Under the pieces are notes generated by a model, which searched no databases, had not been told where the DNA came from, and saw nothing but the letters and a program-made list of their open reading frames with translations. Made by a program: the position numbers and the translations under genes. A stretch of DNA of 64,000 nucleotides from Octopus vulgaris (Eukaryota), in the NCBI GenBank assembly GCA_951406725.2, contig OX597834.1, positions 3,844,001 to 3,908,000 on the forward strand, written 5' to 3'. This document shows positions 56,650 through 64,000 of this stretch, piece after piece (within the stretch, counting starts at the first letter, position 1; every line of letters starts with the position of its first letter).

Positions 56650-57179
56650 GAAGGCTACGACCAGCCATTTTTATGATAGATCTTTTTTCTTTCAAGCGAT
56701 GTCTGTGCATGTTGGTTTTTCATAGTGTGGAAAGGATTTGCACAAATCTAATCCCACTTTCTGAACATGGACAGCATAAAGTCGAAAAGAAGAACTAGTC
56801 TACATCATCGAATGTTGTCAGTGCCGCAGGTTTTCTCTCGGAGTTTCCCTCTCCTAGAGAGATGTTATGGCAACAGATGGGCTTTCCACTCCCAGTGGGC
56901 CAACTTCTCGTCTGGACACCAACCCAGGTATTTCCACGTCCCCGCGCATACATACATGCATAAATATACATGTACACATACTGTTGGATGGTCATTGACT
57001 GCTCATGAGCTCTTCTGCCCTTTGACAGGTCTTATTTTTCGTCCTGCAGGTTGTCCAACAATTACCCTCCTCATGGAACTGCGAGCTTTGGGTTGCTGGT
57101 TTAGTCACCGACCACCCGACCTTGCAATAGGTTGTACTGGGTTACATGTTACCAGCAGCACTCAAGTGCGACATGACAT
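56650..57179 (-). mobile_element. Non-coding structured element resembling an RTE-clade 5' UTR, copy 2
   Basis: CTGGTAACATGTAACCCAGTACAACC is identical to copy 1; CTAGGAGAGGGAAACTCCGA motif. Confidence 0.6.
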
Positions 57180-57222
57180 ACATACATACATACATACATA
57201 CATACATACATACATACATACA

Positions 57223-57255
<33 letters not shown>

Positions 57256-57323
57256 GAATTTTTTACGTAATGAGATAAAAAAAACTAAGGCTGTATAGAT
57301 ATTAGAGCATTTATAGATAGAAG

Positions 57324-57375
57324 GTCTTACAGCTGTTTCTAGGATATTTATTAATAATATCCCTTCATCAGAGAC
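57324..57375 (-). ncRNA. Type I hammerhead ribozyme motif with canonical core
   Basis: GUCU-CUGAUGA-aGGGAUAUU..AAUAUCCUa-GAAA-CAGCUG-UA-AGAC. Confidence 0.8.
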
Positions 57376-57621
57376 AGTGAGAGAGGAAAAGTTAAGTCAT
57401 AGTTGGTTTCGATGTGATACAAATAGAGAGTGAGGTGGAGGAAAGAAAGTAGATGTAAGATATGTATGGGTATTGAGTTCATAAATCCGTTTTATAGGCG
57501 TAATGGAATATATGTATATTATTTGAATATCCTTTGAGTAAAATCCAAAAGTCCAACAGAGTTTAATATGAGTCCATCCAAATGTAATGTTTATAAGCAA
57601 TGTAAAATACATACATACATA

Positions 57622-57835
57622 CTCTCTTTTACTTGTTTAAGTCATTTGACTGTGGCCATGCTGGAGCACCGCCTTTAATCGAGCAACTCGACCCCGGGAC
57701 TTATTCTTTTGTAAGCCCAGTACTTATTCTATCGGTCTCTTTTACCGAACCGCTAAGTAACGGGGACATAAACACACCAGCATCGGTTGTCAAGCAATGC
57801 TAGGGGGACAAACACAGACGCACAAACACACACAC
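57622..57835 (-). mobile_element. SINE family A 3' half
   Basis: Tail and body match; runs into a 1 kb microsatellite. Confidence 0.88.
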
Positions 57836-58463
57836 ACACATACATACCTACATACATAAATACATACATACATACATGCATACATACATACACACATACA
57901 TACATACATACATACATACATACATACATACACACATACATACATACATACATACATACATACATACATACATACATACATACATACATACATACATACA
58001 TACATACATACATACATGCATGCATGCATACATACATACATACATACATACATACATACATACATACATACATACATACATACATACATACATACATACA
58101 TACATACATACACACATACATACATACATACATACATACATACATACACACACACATACATGCATACACACATACATACATACACACATACATACACACA
58201 CACATACATACATGCATACATACATACATACATACATACACACATACATACATACATACATACATACATACACACATACATACATACACACACACATACA
58301 TAAATACATACATACATACATACACACATACATGCATACATACATACATACATACACACACATACACACATACATACATACACATATACATACATACATA
58401 CATACACACATACATACATACATACACACATACATACATACATACATACACACACACATACAT

Positions 58464-58494
<31 letters not shown>

Positions 58495-58860
58495 TACATA
58501 CATACACACATACATACATACATACATACATACATACATACATACACACATACACACATACACACATACATACATACACACATACACACATACATACATA
58601 CATACATACACACATACACACATACATACATACATACACACATACACACATACATACATACATACATACATACATACATACACACATACATACATACATA
58701 CATACACACATACATTCATACATACACATACATACATACACACATACATACATACATACACACATACATACATACATACATACATACATACATTCATACA
58801 TACACATACATACATACACACATACATACATACATACATACATACATACATACATACATA
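57836..58860. repeat. Compound (TACA)n/(CA)n microsatellite
   Basis: Direct reading. Confidence 0.97.
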
Positions 58861-59102
58861 GTTTCTCCTGTTTTTCTCTCTCTCTCTCTTTGTTTCCTTA
58901 GCTGCTCCATATATTTCCTTGTTGTCATAATTTAGTGGCAAGATGGATGTTTCTATCTGCTCACATGTCAGCGCACAAACACCACCAACATTGTCTACCT
59001 TCCATCTACTTCAATCTTCGCTGCATTGTGTTCGTTTCGACTACTCACCTTTATTTTTTTTTTTACCTGCTTCCAGTATATAATACACGTTCTTGCTCCT
59101 TC

Positions 59103-59139
<37 letters not shown>

Positions 59140-59290
59140 AATACTGATTTCCACGGTTACAAATCTTTCCCCAGATAAATCGCACATGTACGCCTATCAG
59201 CAAACGTATATATTCAGGTTCGATAGAATTTATTACGTATATATAAGTGCAAATGTCTACACATACAATCGCCTATAGATTGTTACCCAT

Positions 59291-59359
<69 letters not shown>

Positions 59360-59372
59360 CATATATACATAC

Positions 59373-59512
<140 letters not shown>

Positions 59513-59576
59513 TACTCTGCCACTGATATTTGAGTACTATTTTTTCCACCTTGTTTCACATTTATGTGTTTACTCC

Positions 59577-59624
<48 letters not shown>

Positions 59625-59702
59625 CATATATAAACATCTGATTTGTCTCACGCTGATGCGCGCGCACACACACACATACCCACACACAACACACAACACA
59701 CA

Positions 59703-59759
<57 letters not shown>

Positions 59760-60429
59760 TTGCGTATATACCTACTTTCGTTGACGATCAGACAAAATGC
59801 TGCCAGGCACGAAAAAAAATCTCGTGTATCTTATATATTAAACGCTGATGATGATGATGGTTGCGAAGACGGTTTACTGAAAGTGGTCGTGATGATGTTG
59901 TCGACGGTGGTGGTGCTGGTTGTGGTGGTGGTGGTGGTGGTAGTGGTGGCCACTTCAAAAAAGGCAGGCATGCTGCCTGCACTCTACTACTAGCGAAACT
60001 GCGTTCGAGCAGCGGCGACGGCTGCATCACCTGCAAAGCTATCACCAACAACACAACTTTCACTGCTCGCATTGTTGTAAACGAGAACCTATTTACTGCT
60101 GCTGCAGCCAACTTTTGGAATGCATGGCGATCGCTGCTGCCTCAACGACTGGGGCTGTCACTGCTCTTACTTTTACCGCTTCGGTTGCTAGTGTTACTAA
60201 CACTTACATAGTAACTACTACTTCAACTACTACAGGTGTGGTACTGCTACTAACACTGCTACTAACACTGCTACTAACACTGCTACTATCAGTTTTCCGT
60301 ATAATTAACGCTATTGTCATTGTTGTGACGAATATTTATATTTATATTTATAAGGCGGCAAGCTGGCAGAACCGTGAATGCAATTACGTAGATGGAAACT
60401 GTAGAGAAGCCTGTTAGATGAACTGTACC

Positions 60430-60649
60430 TGTAATACCTGTAATACCTGTAATTCAGATGGTCCAGCCTTTTCACGTATGTCATGCTGATTCTGTGTGAG
60501 AATTATGTTGAAGGTACATGTCTGTGGAATACTCAACCACGTACAAACTAAATCAAGGAGCAGGTAATTTCCCCTTAGTACGTCTTCTGTTGCCCTCGGG
60601 CTGACCAAAGCCTTGTCAGTGGATTTGGTGGATGGAAACTGAAAGAAGC

Positions 60650-60709
<60 letters not shown>

Positions 60710-60924
60710 GGCACGTGCTATCAGTAATTACTCAGGGTAGGCAGCCAAATGCTTAGCGGCATTTCGTCCGTCTCTATGTTCTGAGTTCGAATTCGGCCGA
60801 GGTCGACTTTGCCAATTATCTCTACGGGTCAATAAAATAAATACCGATCAATCATTGGAGTCGACGTAATCGATTTACCCCCTCCCCCGAACTTGCTGGC
60901 CTTGTGCCAAAATTTGAAACCAAT
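60430..60924 (+). mobile_element. Cluster of SINE fragments (C 60430-60575, A 60586-60651, B 60741-60924)
   Basis: Each segment matches an intact copy elsewhere in the window. Confidence 0.7.
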
Positions 60925-61001
60925 GTTAAAACTACTTCTTCATTAACTACTGCTTCTGCTACTTCTAAGATGGCAAAACTTTAGTAACTACAACCATTAA
61001 G

Positions 61002-61050
<49 letters not shown>

Positions 61051-61084
61051 AATTACTTGAACGAAAACAATGACAACAGTATTT

Positions 61085-61402
61085 AGTGGGGGCAGGTGGA
61101 TTTAGTCGACGCTTGACTGATACTTATTGACCCCAAAAGGCTAAAAAGATAAAGTTGACTTCAGCAGGATTTGAAATCGGAGAATACAGCGAAATATTTC
61201 CCCAACGCATTAACGATTCAACCAGCTCACGCCCCGCTGGAGCAACAACAACAACTGTTTCTGATTTCAGAAAGAAAGTCAGCGATTTTGAGAGGGGAAA
61301 AGGTTAGTCCATACAACCAATTCCTATACTTGACTGATACTTTATCGACCACGGATGGATGAAATGCAAAGTCGACCTTGTTAGGAACTGAACTCAGAAC
61401 AT
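61085..61402 (-). mobile_element. Degenerate SINE family B fragments
   Basis: AAAGTTGACTTCAGCAGGATTTGAA and AAAGTCGACC..GAACTCAGAAC. Confidence 0.6.
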
Positions 61403-61461
61403 AACTTTTTATCTACCACAGAAAGAAAGCATACAAAACACTAAAATCACTAGAATTCAGT

Positions 61462-61511
<50 letters not shown>

Positions 61512-61657
61512 TATATAGAGGGCATTATTACACATAAATGCCACACGCTAGGAGGGACTCTTAAAGTCAAAACTACTAAAATAATTATTTTAGTAGTTTT
61601 GACTTTAAGAGTCCCTCCTAGCGTGTGGCATTTATGTGTAATAATGCCCTCTATATA
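61512..61657. repeat. Perfect 146 bp palindrome with no spacer
   Basis: Symmetry centre between 61584 and 61585 (ATAA|TTAT); no mismatch seen. Confidence 0.95.
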
Positions 61658-62419
61658 TAATATAAATAAATATATTTAAGTGAAAAAATTGATGGTTTTT
61701 TTTCTTTTATGAGGTTTTTCGCGCTAATTACTTGATAAATTCTTTTGAAGATTTTATCCTATTTTTAAATTGTATATATATATATATACATGCACTCACA
61801 CACACACAGGTACACACACACACACACACACATACATACAGGCAGAATACAGATTGCACATGCATTTAAATACGTCACAACTGCAAGTGCCTCTCAGACC
61901 TCAGCAGCACCATCAACGCCATCACTAATGCAATTCCATTCCTACTATCACCACAACCACTCCAGCATCTTGCCCCCTTTCCTATCAGCACCAGTTTATA
62001 TATCTCCTGCTACTATCACCACCACCACCACAACCACCACCACCAACACCACCACCACAACCACCACCACCACCATCGCAGTCGCCGCCGCAACTGCGTA
62101 TTGTCACCAACAGCAGTTTTGATCACTAATATCACCCAATGACACCACAACAATCACAGCCACAACCGCTCTCTTGTTACGACTACTAACACCTCAAATG
62201 TACATCGCTGCTATCACTATCACCACCACAACCACCACCACCACCACCACCATCATGATCATGACTATATCTCTTATTATCATAACTATTACTGTGACCA
62301 CCACCACCATCGGGATTAAAATAATCATAATCCTCTTTCGCAAGTGTTCACACTTTCACATCACGAGGAGCAAACATTAGTCTTGAAGTAAGAAGGGAAA
62401 TCCGCATCAAATCACAAAA

Positions 62420-62817
62420 CTAGCAGTATTACCCGGCGTTGCTCGGGCTTGTTTCGACCCTTGAGAATTGAAATTTTTGAAAAGTAAAAATTTTGCATTA
62501 TGTAGCTTGTTATTCTCTTTAAGTGAACATTTTTCTGGTTGAAATACACCGAGAAATGGCGACACAGCAGTCAAAAAATCGTAAAAGATAGGGATTTTCA
62601 TAGAAAAAAAAAAGCACCTTTTTGATGTAAATAATTTTTGGTGTTAACATGGTCCGATTTGAATTTTTTTCTTCTACAGAAGGAAGAGCAAACCTTCTTC
62701 TATCATACTTTCAATTTTGGTCAACTTGCGTCGCAGGGTCTTGGAGGAGATAGTGTTGGTTGAAGGCTACCAAACCTGTCACACACAGACAACTTCAGCT
62801 TTATGTATAGAGAGAGA
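62420..62817 (-). mobile_element. Non-autonomous Helitron
   Basis: 5' TC, 3' CCCGAGCAACGCCGGG hairpin plus CTAG, A|T target. Confidence 0.9.
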
Positions 62818-63119
62818 TTAGTGATACGTTGCATCATGTAATGCTATAAATATTATACTTTGAAATATATGCTGTGTGGTTGTGGTTGGAATACTTTTAA
62901 ACATTGCTCTTGAACCTGGGTTGAACAGTAGCAACAACAATACTTATGAGAGCCACTTCGTTCCTCTGAGTTTTTCTTTGATGAAGAAATAGCACGCGTG
63001 TCTCTGTGTATTTTGATGAGAGATCTGTGTATATACAGGTATATACATAAGTGTGTGTATGCGTGTGTGTGTGTGTATGTGTGTGTGGGCGTATCTATGC
63101 ATATATATATATATATACA

Positions 63120-63525
63120 TCTCTCTATATATAAAATCTCTATATAAATCTGAAGTTGTCTGTGTGTGGCAGGTTTGGTAGCCTTCAACTAACACTATCT
63201 CCTCCGAGACCCTACAGCGCAAGTTGACCAAAATTGAGAGTAGGATAGAAGAAGGCTTGCTCTTCCTTCTGTCGAAGAAAAAATTCAAATCGGACCATGT
63301 TAACACCAAAAATTATTTACATCAAAAAGGTGCTTTTTTTTCTATGAAAATCCCTATTTTTTACGATTTTTTTACTGCTGTGTCGCCATTTTTCGGTGGA
63401 TTTCAACCAGAAAAATGTTCATTTAAAGAGAATAACAAGCGACATAATGCAAAATTTTTACTTTTCAAAAATTCCAATTCTAAAGGGTCGAAACAAACCC
63501 GAGCAACGCCGGGCGATACTGCTAG
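63120..63525 (+). mobile_element. Non-autonomous Helitron (same family, opposite orientation)
   Basis: TCTCTCTATATATAAA...CCCGAGCAACGCCGGGCGATACTGCTAG. Confidence 0.9.
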
Positions 63526-63570
63526 TATATATGTTTCGACCCTTTAGAATTGGAATTTTTGAGAAGTAAA

Positions 63571-63616
<46 letters not shown>

Positions 63617-64000
63617 CGTATATTTGCCATTTGAATATGGCTAACCCCTAAGGGTAGATGCTACTGTAGTTTGTAGCCCCAGGAAGACATTTCCTCTAGC
63701 TGGCTATAGACACACTTTCTGTGCCCTATCAGTATTTGTGAAGGGAAGTCATCCTCCCCGTCTTCAACACATGATACACACGGAGTCGAGTTTCAAGGTA
63801 TTATATATATATATATATATAAGAGAGAGAGAGAGAGAGAGATGCCTGGATTACTGTTTTCACGTGTATGAGTGTCACAGTAATATTTTTAAAAAACATT
63901 TAGATGGGGTTAGAAGTTTCACTTTATAGCTATGTGACTAAGGGTTCAGTCAAACTGTGCCTGCACCTTGGGGTCTTCTGCAAAAGCCTCAAGCCAACCA

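Noticed and set aside
59788-62380. Thr/Val/Gly-rich ORFs
   Set aside because: Degenerate (ACC)n, (CTA)n and (GGT)n repeats without splice or domain support.

Overview
AT-rich, microsatellite-saturated eukaryotic DNA. The tRNA-derived SINEs and the huge (TA)n/(TACA)n tracts suggest an octopus (cephalopod) genome, which is an inference. There are three 100-N gaps and no complete intact gene; almost all long ORFs in the track are microsatellite translations. The window is mostly decayed mobile elements: CR1/L2-group LINEs (one with a Myb/SANT-like + CCCH ORF1), R4/Dong-like and HERO-like RLE LINEs, RTE remnants, Neptune-like and Naiad-like Penelope GIY-YIG fragments, mariner/Tc1 fossils, Helitrons and four SINE families (labelled A-D here). 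Host-derived sequence is limited to two minus-strand laminin-type EGF exons (one intact, one dead) and a triplicated promoter/first-exon-like module. The most notable hidden structure is six sequence-diverse minimal type I hammerhead ribozyme motifs in non-coding Penelope-like/retrozyme-like units with direct or inverted repeats. Also notable are a LINE-SINE shared 3' stem-loop with covariation and a two-copy structured-RNA element.
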